From an uncultured Actinomycetota bacterium (GTDB lineage: Bacteria; Actinomycetota; Actinomycetes; CAVWCF01): 64,000 nucleotides of DNA. The stretch's first letter is position 1, and each line of letters opens with the position of its first letter. The notes under the pieces are model-generated. The model ran no database searches, was not told the origin of the DNA, and worked only from the letters and a program-made list of their open reading frames with translations. Of this stretch, positions 46,480 to 56,066 are shown piece by piece. The translations under genes were made by a program, and so were the position numbers. The stretch lies in assembly GCA_963753435.1 (NCBI GenBank), contig CAVWCF010000005.1:153373-217372 (forward strand). Reading direction: 5' to 3'.

Positions 46480-47730
46480 CTACTGCAGCCCCGACAGGTC
46501 GTCGGGCACCTCAACCGGGCCGACGCGGTCCACGAACTCGGCGGGATCGTCGAGATCGGCGGAGGTCGGCAGTAGGTCCGGGTGCGTCCACACGTCCTCG
46601 CGCGCAGCCAAACCGTGGCGGAGGCCAAGTTCGGTCCACAGCGCGGAGGACTGGCGGACACGTTGCGGACTCAGGTCCAGTCCGACCAACTCCGAGAACG
46701 TGCGGGCCGTGGACTCCGCCGATGCGCGCCGCCTCAGGGTGGATTCCGACAGGGCCGCAGCGTGCGGCAGGCGTTCCCCGGCTGCCTGGGCAACGACCGC
46801 GTCCACCCATCCGGACGTCAGGGCCAGCAGTGCCTCCAGTCGCGCCAAGGCGGTGCGTCGTTGCGGGGTGTCCTCCGGCTGCAGCAGCCCACCGCTGAGC
46901 GCGCGCTGCATGGCCGCGCTGTCGCTTGGGTCGAGCCCACCCAGTAGGTCTCCGAGCGACTCGGTGTCAACCTGCACTGTCTCGGCCGCTGCAACCATTC
47001 GACGGGTCATCTCGTCGGCGAGCCAGTCGACGTGTCCGAACAAGCGCATCCATGCGGTCTCGCGAAGGGCTTGGTAGAGGCGCACTTCATCTGCGGGGAT
47101 CTGGTGCTCGGCGGCAAACTCGTCGATCGCACCGGGCAGCAGAACAGCGGTGTGGTCCGGCCCGATCGGCAATCCCACCTCCCGGCCGGTCAGCACAGAT
47201 CCGGCCAGTCCGGCCAGACCCTGACCCAGTTGGGCGCCAAGCATCACCGAGCCCAGTTGGCGCATCATCTGCGAGAGCGGGCCCGCCATTTCGCGTACCT
47301 GCTCCGGCAGCGCATCCAGTTGGGCGGCGGCCATTCGTTCCGCCACCGGGTCGATGACACGACGCCATGTCGGCATGGATCCGGTCACCCACTCCTGCCG
47401 GCTCCAGGCAACCCCGGAGGTCGCCGTGGCGGCGAACGCGGTCGCCGGGTCCAGCCACATCTCCGCCAACCGAACGGCTTCGGCTGCGGCCTCGCGTTGC
47501 TCCGGCGAAACCGGGCTGGCCCCGGAGGCGCTGATGGCTTGCTGCGCGGTCTCCTCGGCCAGCTGCCAGTTGACTGGGCCGTCGCCGCCGGCGGACATCA
47601 TGCGGCCCAGCTGCTGCAGCATCTGACCCAGGTCGGCACCGCCCAACGCTGCGAACGGATCCATGCTTGGGCCGTTCTTGCCTTCGGGATCGTCGTCAGA
47701 CTCCCCGAAGCCGAAAGGAAGATTGTTCAC
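46480..47730 (-). CDS. Zinc-dependent metalloprotease-like protein (DUF2342, Rv3195-type)
   Basis: GPVNW, AWSR.EW, EVRLY.ALRE, LARLE..LAL..GWV, W.HPDLLPT. Confidence 0.85.
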   Translation of the reverse strand: MNNLPFGFGESDDDPEGKNGPSMDPFAALGGADLGQMLQQLGRMMSAGGDGPVNWQLAEETAQQAISASGASPVSPEQREAAAEAVRLAEMWLDPATAFAATATSGVAWSRQEWVTGSMPTWRRVIDPVAERMAAAQLDALPEQVREMAGPLSQMMRQLGSVMLGAQLGQGLAGLAGSVLTGREVGLPIGPDHTAVLLPGAIDEFAAEHQIPADEVRLYQALRETAWMRLFGHVDWLADEMTRRMVAAAETVQVDTESLGDLLGGLDPSDSAAMQRALSGGLLQPEDTPQRRTALARLEALLALTSGWVDAVVAQAAGERLPHAAALSESTLRRRASAESTARTFSELVGLDLSPQRVRQSSALWTELGLRHGLAAREDVWTHPDLLPTSADLDDPAEFVDRVGPVEVPDDLSGLQ

Positions 47731-47844
47731 GCCTACTCCTTTCGGCCACTGACAGCAGGGCGGTCGCAGGAACCCCACGGTAGTCGCGATGACATACGCT
47801 TCCTTTGCTGCCGATCAACAAGCACTCCGGTCAGGAGATTCCAC

Positions 47845-48141
47845 ATGCAGGCGCTGGCGTGGTGGGCGATTCCGATCATCGCCACCTCGGTGGCGATCGT
47901 CTGGGCGATCTTCGCGGCGCGGCCCAAGGGTCCGGCCGACGCGCACCGAACCGTCGCTGAACACTTGGCGTTCCGGTCAGCGCTGCAGGCGGGGCACGTC
48001 CGGGTGCAACCCAGTCAAGAGCCCGGTTCCATGGGCCCAGACGCAGCCGAGGCTGGCGAAGTCGATCAGCACAGCGAGGGCTCGACTCCCCAGCCGAGCC
48101 CGGACTCCCAGCCCGGTCGCCCATCGCCGCGAACCAACTGA
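47845..48141 (+). CDS. Small single-pass membrane protein
   Basis: AGGAG RBS, MQALAWWAIPIIATSVAIVWA TM helix, disordered tail. Directly upstream of the PDZ-Lon gene. Confidence 0.7.
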   Translation: MQALAWWAIPIIATSVAIVWAIFAARPKGPADAHRTVAEHLAFRSALQAGHVRVQPSQEPGSMGPDAAEAGEVDQHSEGSTPQPSPDSQPGRPSPRTN

Positions 48142-48145
48142 CGAG

Positions 48146-49198
48146 GTGCGCCTGTCGGCACGTGCGGCGGCTCAGGCCGTCGCGGCAACCACCTTCGCGG
48201 CCTTGCTTGTGACCGCAGCGTTGCTGCCCGTGCCGTACGTGCGGCTCAGCCCCGGGCCGACCATCAACGTCCTGGACGAGGACCGCGACCCCCCGCTGAT
48301 TCAGATCACCGGAACCGCGACCTTTCCCACCGACGGAAGGTTGGACCTGACCACGGTTTCGGAGCTGGGTGGACCGCGAAGCAACGTGAGCCTCATTGAG
48401 GCGTTCTTCGGATGGGTCGCTGCCGACGTGGCAGTGGTCCCGGAGAGCCTGCTTTACCCCGATGACGTCACCGGGGCGGAAGTCGAAGAGGCCGACCAGC
48501 AGGCGATGGAGTTGTCGCAGGAGAGTGCGATCGCTGCCGCCGTGAACTACCTGGACATCGATGCCGACACGGTGGTGGTGGTTCAGGAGGTCTCCGCGGA
48601 CTCCCCGGCGGACGGGGTGTTGGAGCCCGGCGACGAGATCCTGGCGGTGGACGATCGCGAAGTTACCGATCCCGCCCAAGTCCGCGACATCGTTCGCGAG
48701 CGGTCCCCTGGAGAGGCAGTGGAGTTGACCATCCGCCGGGACGGGGAGCAGCAGTCGGTGACGATCACCACCGGCGAGTCGTCAGTGGACGCCGGGGAAC
48801 CGTTCATCGGCATCGTCCCCGGCGTAGTGGTCGATCCGCCGTTCGAGGTCGACATCTCCCTGGATGAGGTCGGCGGTCCATCAGCGGGGCTGGTGTTCGC
48901 GCTCGGGATCGTCGACCGGCTGACGCCGGAGCAGGAGACGGGGGGCCGCTTTGTCGCCGGCACCGGCACCGTGAGCGCGGACGGAATGGTCGGACCTATC
49001 GGGGGTCTGCCGCAGAAGTTGGCGGCGGCGCGCGACGCCGGCGCAGCGGTCTTCCTGGTCCCGGGGGACAACTGCGCGGACGCCGCCGGCGTGGACGTGG
49101 GGGACATGCGGTTGCTGCGCGTCGACACGTTGGCCACGGCGGTGGAGGCGCTGGCCGCGCTGGACGCGACCGGGGCGGAACCAGTCGGCTGTGGGTGA
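48146..49198 (+). CDS. PDZ + Lon (S16) protease domain protein (YlbL-like)
   Basis: PVPYV..SPGP, PDZ (SPADGVL..GDEI), GGPSAGL catalytic Ser, IGGLPQK catalytic Lys. Confidence 0.9.
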   Translation: MRLSARAAAQAVAATTFAALLVTAALLPVPYVRLSPGPTINVLDEDRDPPLIQITGTATFPTDGRLDLTTVSELGGPRSNVSLIEAFFGWVAADVAVVPESLLYPDDVTGAEVEEADQQAMELSQESAIAAAVNYLDIDADTVVVVQEVSADSPADGVLEPGDEILAVDDREVTDPAQVRDIVRERSPGEAVELTIRRDGEQQSVTITTGESSVDAGEPFIGIVPGVVVDPPFEVDISLDEVGGPSAGLVFALGIVDRLTPEQETGGRFVAGTGTVSADGMVGPIGGLPQKLAAARDAGAAVFLVPGDNCADAAGVDVGDMRLLRVDTLATAVEALAALDATGAEPVGCG

Positions 49199-49242
49199 CA
49201 TCCCATCAGGACGCTACGCAGGACTCTGGATAGGTTGACCAC

Positions 49243-52161
49243 GTGAGTTTCGAGATGCCCCCCGAGCCAGGTGTCGCGACGGCCGAACCCAAGCGTCGCG
49301 GCGCGCTGATCCCCACGTTGATCGTGCTGGGGGTTCTCGCGATCATCTTCCTGTTGTTCGTTGGCTTCTACAGCGAGTGGCTCTGGTTCGACTCAGTCGG
49401 GTTCACCTCGGTGTTCACCCGCACCCTGCTGGTGCGCGCGGCGCTGTTCCTGCTCTTCGGCCTGCTGTTCGGCGGCCTTGTTGGCCTGAACGTCTGGCTT
49501 GCGTATCGAAACCGGCCGGCCTTCCGGGGCATGAGCCCGGAGCAGGCGGGCCTGGAGCGCTACCGCGTGAGCCTGGAGCCGCTGCGTACCCCGCTGCTGA
49601 TCGGCATAGTCGTCTTCCTGGGGCTGCTGGCCGGGGGTTCGGCGGCGGCGGAGTGGCGAACCTTCCTCTTGTGGCGCAACTCCAGCGATTTCGGCCGCAC
49701 CGACCCCCAGTTCAACGTTGACGTGTCGTTCTACATGTTCGACCTGCCCTTCTGGCGCTTCCTGGTCGGGTTCGGGTTCGGCATCGTCATCGTTTCGCTC
49801 ATCGCGTCTGCCGTCACCCACTACCTGTACGGCGGGATCAAGCTGCAGGGCCCCGGTGAACGGATTACGCCTTTTGCTACGGCGCACTTGTCCGTCTTGC
49901 TGGCGGCGTTCGTTCTGCTCAAGGCAGCTGCCTACTGGTTGGACCGCTACGGGCTCGTCGTAAAGGACGGGACGCTGTTCACCGGCGCCGGCTTCACGGA
50001 CGTGAACGCGGTCCTGCCGGCCAAGAACATCCTGGTCTTCGTGGCCTTGGCATGTGCGGTCCTGTTCGTCGTGACCGCTTTTCGGCGCCAGTGGCGGCTG
50101 GCCTTGCTCGGCTTGGGCCTGTTGATCGTGTCGGCGGTCGCGGTGGGGGGCATCTACCCCGCGATCGTGCAGCAGTTCCAGGTTCGACCGGCTGAGCCGA
50201 GTCGGGAGCAGGACTTCATCGAGCGCAACATCAGCGCTACCCGCGAGGCCTACGGCCTCGACAAGGTCGAGGTGGCCGAGTACAACGCGCAAGAGGTTCC
50301 CGATTCGGAGAACCTGGGTGCGGCCCTGGGGACCATCGAGAACATCCGCCTCCTGGACCCCACGCTGGTAAGCCCCACGTTCAATCAGTTGCAGCAGATC
50401 CGCGGTTTCTACGCATTCCCGGACGCCCTGGACGTGGACCGCTACCAGATCGAAGGGGACACTCGCGACGCCGTGATCGCGGTACGCGAGCTGACCCTGG
50501 ACGGCTTGCAGGAATCCCAGCGCAACTGGGCGAATGACCACTTGGTCTACACGCACGGGTTCGGTTTCGTCGGCGCGTTCGGCAACGAATTGCAGAGCAA
50601 CGGCCGGCCGCTGTTCTTCGAGTCGGACATCCCGCCGGAAGGCTCCCTGGACATCGAACAGCCGCGCATCTACTTCGGTGAGCGGTCCAGTCAGTACTCG
50701 ATCGTGGCCAGTCAGCAGCCGGAGTTCGACTTCCCCGACGACGCGTCCCCGAACGGGCAGGCCAACACGACCTACGACGGCGACGGTGGTGTCAACGTCG
50801 GGTCCTTCCTGAACCGGGTGGTCTTCGCGACCAAGTTCCAGGAGGGCAACATCTTGTTGTCGCGCCTCATCGACGCCGACTCCAAGATCCTCTGGGATCG
50901 CACGCCGCGCGAGCGTGTCGAGAAGGTCGCCCCTTGGCTGCAGACAGACGGCGACCCGTATCCCGTCGTTGTCGACGGCCGGGTGAAGTGGATCGTGGAC
51001 GCGTACACCACCTCCAACCAGTACCCGTACAGCGAACGCACCGCGCTTACCGAGGCGACCTCGGACTCGGTGACCGCAACGCGGGCTGCGGTGGTGGAGC
51101 AGCAGTCGCAGCGGGCCAACTACATCCGCAACTCGGTCAAGGCCGTGGTGGACGCGTTCGAGGGCGACGTGGTCCTTTACGAGTGGGACACCGAAGACCC
51201 CGTGCTGCAGACGTGGCAGAAGGCGTTCCCGGGGACGGTGACCGCCCGCGAGGACATCCCTGCCGAAGTTCTGGCCCAGATGCGCTACCCCGAGGACGTC
51301 TTCAAGGTGCAGCGCAACATCTACAGCCGCTACCACGTCACCGACCCGCAAGCGTTCTACGGCGGTCAGGACTTCTGGAAGCTGCCGGATGACCCGACCC
51401 GGCGTACGGCTGGTCAGCCGCAACCGCCGTACTACTTGACGCTGCGCATGCCTGGAACGGCGGTGGAGTCCTTCTCGTTGACGACAGCCTTCACGCCAAA
51501 CCGACGCGAGACTTTGGCGGCGTTCATGGCGGTCAATGCCGATCCGGGGGAGGACTACGGCACCATCCGGGTGCTGCAGTTGCCCCGGTCGACCACAATC
51601 CCTGGCCCGAGTCAGGTACAGAACAACTTCGAGTCCGACCCCTTGGTCGCCAGTGAGTTGACGCTGCTGCGTCGAGGCGGCGCCGACGTTGAGCTTGGCA
51701 ACCTGCTGTCGCTGCCCGTGGCCGGTGGGCTGCTGTACGTGGAGCCGGTGTACGTGCGCGCAACGTCTGGGGCCTCGTTCCCGCTGCTGCGCAAGGTGCT
51801 CACCTCCTACGGCAACCGCGTCGCGTTCGAGGACACGCTGCAGGAGTCGCTGGAGGCGTTGTTCACCGGTGGCGGCTCGACAGTGGCTCCGCCTACCGAT
51901 CCGGAGGCGCCGGTCGATCCCGATGTCCCGGTCGATCCGGAGTCCCCACCACCGACGTCAACCGATCCGCTGACTCAGGCGCTCTTGGATGCCGAGCAGG
52001 CGCTGGCGGACGCTGAAGCGGCTTTGGCCGCCGGCGACTTCGCCGCCTACGGGGAGGCTCAGGAGCGACTGGCGGATGCCATCGCCCGTGCCGCCGCCGC
52101 GGCCGGAGTCGATGAGGCGCCACCGGTAGTCGAGCCGGCCCCCGAGGAGCCCGTCGCCTAG
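49243..52161 (+). CDS. UPF0182 family membrane protein
   Basis: WLWF.SVGF, DPQF..DVSFY, ATREAYGL, YTHG, YPYS, NYIRNSVKA, RYPED.F, GNLL.LP. Confidence 0.95.
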   Translation: MSFEMPPEPGVATAEPKRRGALIPTLIVLGVLAIIFLLFVGFYSEWLWFDSVGFTSVFTRTLLVRAALFLLFGLLFGGLVGLNVWLAYRNRPAFRGMSPEQAGLERYRVSLEPLRTPLLIGIVVFLGLLAGGSAAAEWRTFLLWRNSSDFGRTDPQFNVDVSFYMFDLPFWRFLVGFGFGIVIVSLIASAVTHYLYGGIKLQGPGERITPFATAHLSVLLAAFVLLKAAAYWLDRYGLVVKDGTLFTGAGFTDVNAVLPAKNILVFVALACAVLFVVTAFRRQWRLALLGLGLLIVSAVAVGGIYPAIVQQFQVRPAEPSREQDFIERNISATREAYGLDKVEVAEYNAQEVPDSENLGAALGTIENIRLLDPTLVSPTFNQLQQIRGFYAFPDALDVDRYQIEGDTRDAVIAVRELTLDGLQESQRNWANDHLVYTHGFGFVGAFGNELQSNGRPLFFESDIPPEGSLDIEQPRIYFGERSSQYSIVASQQPEFDFPDDASPNGQANTTYDGDGGVNVGSFLNRVVFATKFQEGNILLSRLIDADSKILWDRTPRERVEKVAPWLQTDGDPYPVVVDGRVKWIVDAYTTSNQYPYSERTALTEATSDSVTATRAAVVEQQSQRANYIRNSVKAVVDAFEGDVVLYEWDTEDPVLQTWQKAFPGTVTAREDIPAEVLAQMRYPEDVFKVQRNIYSRYHVTDPQAFYGGQDFWKLPDDPTRRTAGQPQPPYYLTLRMPGTAVESFSLTTAFTPNRRETLAAFMAVNADPGEDYGTIRVLQLPRSTTIPGPSQVQNNFESDPLVASELTLLRRGGADVELGNLLSLPVAGGLLYVEPVYVRATSGASFPLLRKVLTSYGNRVAFEDTLQESLEALFTGGGSTVAPPTDPEAPVDPDVPVDPESPPPTSTDPLTQALLDAEQALADAEAALAAGDFAAYGEAQERLADAIARAAAAAGVDEAPPVVEPAPEEPVA

Positions 52162-52255
52162 GGAGATCGTGCGGTGGTCCGCAGCGATACTCGGCCTGCC
52201 TGGCAGTCCCGATTTGTTGGGCCAGGTAAGACTGACGTACCCTGTCGACTCACGA

Positions 52256-52332
52256 CGCGGGGTGGAGCAGTTCGGTAGCTCGCTGGGCTCATAACCCAGA
52301 GGTCGCAGGTTCAAATCCTGCCCCCGCTACCA
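52256..52332 (+). tRNA. tRNA-fMet (CAT), initiator
   Basis: CGCGGGGTGGAGCAGTTCGGTAGCTCGCTGGGCTCATAACCCAGAGGTCGCAGGTTCAAATCCTGCCCCCGCTACCA. C1:A72 mismatch, GGG/CCC anticodon stem, encoded CCA. Confidence 0.97.
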
Positions 52333-52357
52333 AGAGGCCGCAGGTATGCGGCACACG

Positions 52358-52388
52358 GAGAGGCCCGGACTCAGGTCCGGGCCTTTCT
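52358..52388 (+). terminator. Intrinsic terminator after the tRNA
   Basis: AGAGGCCCGGAC-TCAG-GTCCGGGCCTTTCT hairpin. Confidence 0.8.
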
Positions 52389-52479
52389 GCTGTCACGGAG
52401 GAGTCGCACATTGGTCCGGCCGAGCACTGGTTCCTAGAGTGGTGCTGGTGGTAGGCCTGGCAACTATGCGAGCGGACTT

Positions 52480-53007
52480 GTGGACCCGTTCGACCTGACC
52501 GACGGCGTGGTGTTCTTGACCAGGCCGTCGGAGGTGGACATCGACCGCATCTTCGAGTTGTGCCAGGACGCGGAGATCCTGGAATGGACGGCGGAGTTGC
52601 CGTCGCCATACACGCGTAGCGACGCCGAGTTCTTTGTGCACGAATTGGTGCCGCGGGCGTGGCGGGAGAACCGACCTGTCTGGGGCATTCGCGATGCCAC
52701 CACGACGACCTTGCACGGCATGGTGAGCGTGGATTTGGCCGCCGGTGGCGAGGTCGGCTATTGGATGGGTGCTGAGTCACGCAACCGTGGCTGGACCACG
52801 CGGGCACTGCGACTCGTCGCCAAGGCTGCGTTTCAGGACGAAGCCGACCAGTTGAGATGGCGGGCTTTCGTCGGCAACGCGGCGTCCCGAAGGGTTGCGA
52901 TCAAGGTCGGTTTCAAGATGGAGGGCACGGCTCAGCGAGCTTTGTGTCAGCGGGGAGTGTGGCGCGACGCCTGGGTGGCCACGCTCCTTCCGGGCGAGGT
53001 GCGCTGA
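52480..53007 (+). CDS. GNAT N-acetyltransferase (RimJ/RimL family)
   Basis: EVGYW, RNRGWTT, NAASRRVA.KVGF..EG. Confidence 0.88.
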   Translation: MDPFDLTDGVVFLTRPSEVDIDRIFELCQDAEILEWTAELPSPYTRSDAEFFVHELVPRAWRENRPVWGIRDATTTTLHGMVSVDLAAGGEVGYWMGAESRNRGWTTRALRLVAKAAFQDEADQLRWRAFVGNAASRRVAIKVGFKMEGTAQRALCQRGVWRDAWVATLLPGEVR

Positions 53008-53171
53008 GTCTTCGCGGGCCATCTCCAAATCAGATGTGCCACGAGCGCTGGACCCGGCTGCCGATCGTGCGATCTCGACGAATGCTTCACGCCGTGTCAG
53101 CGCCCCAAAGGAAGCCGAGCCGTCCTAGGCTCCTATTCGTAAACCTGACCGTCGGCTGAAAGGGTTTCGAA

Positions 53172-53567
53172 GTGATCCGATTCCTCGTGCGTGCGGCCAT
53201 CTTCTTCGCCTCGTCGGCCGTCGGTCTGATCGTCGCCAACGCGTTGCTCGATGGCATGACGATCGACTCATTGACGTCGTTCCTCTGGGTCGTCGTGATC
53301 TTCACCGTGCTGCAGTCACTGTTTGCGCCGTTCCTGACGAAGGTGACCGCAAAGAATGCCTCGGCGCTGGTGGGTGCAGTCGGACTGCTCAGCACCTTCC
53401 TCGCGCTGCTCGTGGCCGCCAGCATCAGCGATGGGCTGTCCATCGACGGGGCCTCCACATGGCTTTACGCCTCGCTCATCGTGTGGTTGGTCACCATGCT
53501 CGCCACGCTGCTGATCCCCGTGATCCTGGTGAAGATGGGTGTGCAGGCAGCCCGCAATTCCGAGTGA
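53172..53567 (+). CDS. Four-TM 'phage holin family' (superfamily IV/DUF360-like) membrane protein
   Basis: Four hydrophobic helices, MIRFL...GL+STF.ALL...GLSI.G..TW pattern. No phage genes nearby. Confidence 0.7.
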   Translation: MIRFLVRAAIFFASSAVGLIVANALLDGMTIDSLTSFLWVVVIFTVLQSLFAPFLTKVTAKNASALVGAVGLLSTFLALLVAASISDGLSIDGASTWLYASLIVWLVTMLATLLIPVILVKMGVQAARNSE

Positions 53568-53624
53568 CTCGACGCTCACTTGCAGTCTCGAGCGGCCACG
53601 CCCGCGACTTGTGTATCGCGCGGG

Positions 53625-53909
53625 TCAGACTTCGAGAGCCACCCGAGTTGGTTGAGTGGCAACCGGCATAGCCGACGTGCTGTCCGCGTTGGCGACCCGT
53701 CGAGCCAGCACCGCGAAGCCGCGCTCTCGGGCGATGGCCGGTTCGGTTGGGTCCAGCAGGAGCCCGATCACGTCCTCCGAGCATCCGAGCGCCCTTGCGG
53801 TCCTGGCCAGCGCGAGGAGCGCGTGGTGATCAGTGTCGATGCCGCGATCGAGAATCACCTCGGTCAAGGCCTTGAGTTCTTTCTGGCTGATGTGTGCAGT
53901 CCTGGTCAT
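53625..53909 (-). CDS. Small hypothetical protein divergent from LysR
   Basis: 94 aa with a strong AGGAGG RBS and LLDPTEPAIARERGF motif. Confidence 0.75.
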   Translation of the reverse strand: MTRTAHISQKELKALTEVILDRGIDTDHHALLALARTARALGCSEDVIGLLLDPTEPAIARERGFAVLARRVANADSTSAMPVATQPTRVALEV

Positions 53910-53947
53910 GTCGTACCTCCTGACCAGGACGCTAGAGAAACTTGGAG

Positions 53948-53994
53948 ATTAGTAAAAGCGATAGATATCGATGGTAGTCATTAGCTAGTCTGAT
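53948..53994. promoter_or_regulatory. LysR-type T-N11-A boxes in the AT-rich divergent promoter
   Basis: ATTAG-TAAAA-GCGAT (53948-53962) and ATTAG-CTAGT-CTGAT (53980-53994, overlapping the LysR start). Confidence 0.6.
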
Positions 53995-54928
53995 GCCCAT
54001 GAACCTCGACCAACTAGAGTTCCGCCAACTTCGGGCGCTCCTGGCAGTAGTGGATGAAGGATCTTTCGCGCGTGCTGCGCAACGGCTTGGGTTCACGCAG
54101 TCGGCGATCAGCCAGCAGGTGGCCGCGCTGGAGCGGGCGGTGGGGTCGCCGGTTCTGGACCGGCCGAAGGGGCCGCGCAAGTCCGAACTGACCCGTGTCG
54201 GTGCCGCGCTGGTGGTGCACGCCCGAGCCGTCGTGGATCGCCTGGACGTCGCGGCCGGTGAGATCGAGGCGATGCTCGCGGGGACTTCGGGGCGCCTGAC
54301 CGTGGGGACGTTTCAGAGCGTGTCGGTGAAGGTCCTCCCGGAGATCGTGGGCGAATTCATGAAGGCCCTGCCCGGTGTGGACGTCCGCCTCTTTGAGTCC
54401 GAAGACAACGACGACCTGCAGGACCGCCTGCTGACCGATGAACTGGACATCTCCTTCGTCGTCGGACCCGTCGACGATGAACGTCTGGAACTCATCGAGG
54501 TCGCTCGGGACCCGTTCGTGGTGGTGTGTCGGGCCGCAGACATAGCTGAACGTGGTCCGGTGCCCATGCACACCCTCACCGACCAGGCGATGGTCGGCCA
54601 ACAGGGCTCGGCGTGCCAGGACATCATCGATCGCGGGCTGGCGCAGCAAGGAGTGATTCCCCGGTACTCGTTCCGGTCCAACGACAACGGGGCGGTGCAG
54701 AACATGGTCAAGGCGGGCATGGGGTCGGCGATCATGCCGCTGCTGGCCGTGGATGCCGCCGACCCCGGCATCGTCATGCTTGCGCTGGATCCGCCGATCG
54801 AGCCGCGCAGCATCCTGCTCGCCGTCCGGCGCCGGCGAACGCGACTGCCGGCGGCGCAGACATTCATCGACTTGGCGCTTGCGGCATTTGCGCGTAAGCA
54901 GGAATCGGTGGAACTAGTCACTACCTAG
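53993..54928 (+). CDS. LysR family transcriptional regulator
   Basis: GSFARAAQRLGFTQSAISQQVAALE HTH and a substrate-binding domain. Confidence 0.95.
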   Translation: MPMNLDQLEFRQLRALLAVVDEGSFARAAQRLGFTQSAISQQVAALERAVGSPVLDRPKGPRKSELTRVGAALVVHARAVVDRLDVAAGEIEAMLAGTSGRLTVGTFQSVSVKVLPEIVGEFMKALPGVDVRLFESEDNDDLQDRLLTDELDISFVVGPVDDERLELIEVARDPFVVVCRAADIAERGPVPMHTLTDQAMVGQQGSACQDIIDRGLAQQGVIPRYSFRSNDNGAVQNMVKAGMGSAIMPLLAVDAADPGIVMLALDPPIEPRSILLAVRRRRTRLPAAQTFIDLALAAFARKQESVELVTT

Positions 54929-54937
54929 GGTCACGGC

Positions 54938-55669
54938 CTAGCGGATGTGTCCGACGAAGAGGGTTCTGGCGTACTCGTCGTGCTGGTCCAGCGCGGTCGG
55001 TTCGAACCCGGCGGCCCGGAGCAGTCCCATCCAAGTGGCTTTGGTGAAGAGACCGAAGCGGTGTGTCTCGGTCTTCGTCGTTATCTGGCCGTCGGGTTTG
55101 CGCAGCACAAGCACGAAGACGGTTTCGAACCAATCCCGGCCAGGCGGGATTGGCAGCGGCCACTCCAGGTATCGGGCAGAGCGGCCGTCGGGGGCATCGG
55201 ATCCGCCGTGGTCGGTGCTCGGCTGGTAGGTGTCGGCAACGTGGTCCGGGGCGAAGACCGCGACGCCACCTGGGCGCAGGTGGGCCGCCGCGGTGGCGAA
55301 GACCGCCTGCAACTGTGACTCGGCAACCATGTAGTCGATTGCGTCATGGACCAACACGGCATCAAACGAGCGATCAAGGCGCAAGGTGCGCATGTCACCG
55401 CGGACATGTTCACACTCGGGGTTGAGGTCCCGGGAGACCTGCAGCATCGACTCGGATTGATCGACCAGCGTCAACTCGAACTCGTGGCGTAGGTGCGAGG
55501 CGTTATTGCCGCCGCCGCTGCCCAGTTCGAGCACGTCGCGTACCGGCCGCGTTGCGGTGCGGAGCAGGCCGGCGAGTAGCTCGGCCTCGCCGGCGTACTC
55601 CGCGGGTGGAGAGACGACCGGCCACCAGTCGGCGAGTTCGCCGTACATGGCGGCTGGCGCTTCACTCAA
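54938..55669 (-). CDS. Class I SAM-dependent methyltransferase
   Basis: LELGSGGG, VDQS, GDMR, FDAV..HDA, LRPGG. Start is TTG 55669 or ATG 55648. Confidence 0.88.
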   Translation of the reverse strand: MSEAPAAMYGELADWWPVVSPPAEYAGEAELLAGLLRTATRPVRDVLELGSGGGNNASHLRHEFELTLVDQSESMLQVSRDLNPECEHVRGDMRTLRLDRSFDAVLVHDAIDYMVAESQLQAVFATAAAHLRPGGVAVFAPDHVADTYQPSTDHGGSDAPDGRSARYLEWPLPIPPGRDWFETVFVLVLRKPDGQITTKTETHRFGLFTKATWMGLLRAAGFEPTALDQHDEYARTLFVGHIR

Positions 55670-55952
55670 ACCAGTTGCCGTCGATCCAGGTTGGCTCACC
55701 GTCGAGCCGCGGCAACAGTTGTGTCGTGTACCACTCGTGCTGGCCGGGGTCGTCGGCCATGGCCTCGTACTGCTCCTTGCTCGCAAAACGAACCGCCGAG
55801 ACGACCTGGGTTCCGTCCTCAGTCAGGAGCAGGTGGGTGTCGACGAAACCGGGTCGATCGGGGCGTTCCTGACGCCAGTTGTTGAGTGAGTCCCGCAATT
55901 CCTCACCCGCAGTTTGGTTCTTCAGGCGGGCGATCATGACCGTGCCGTACAT
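55662..55952 (-). CDS. Dimeric alpha-beta barrel (ABM-like) small protein
   Basis: MYGTVM, PGF, VRF.SKEQY...DDP.Q.EWY...LDGEPTW. GGAGG RBS; overlaps the methyltransferase start. Confidence 0.7.
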   Translation of the reverse strand: MYGTVMIARLKNQTAGEELRDSLNNWRQERPDRPGFVDTHLLLTEDGTQVVSAVRFASKEQYEAMADDPGQHEWYTTQLLPRLDGEPTWIDGNWFE

Positions 55953-56066
55953 CGTGTCCTCCAGGGTTTGGGCCCCCGTGGCAGGAAACGAACGTAGCGC
56001 TGATCCGGACGGCGCCGACGGGCATTGACGAAGATGCGCGCCGGGTCCGGATAGGCCCCATGGCGA

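Noticed and set aside
51895-51970. Short repeats (CCGGTCGATCC) near the UPF0182 3' end
   Set aside because: They encode a Pro/Asp-rich linker (PVDP repeats) within the CDS and are not an independent element.
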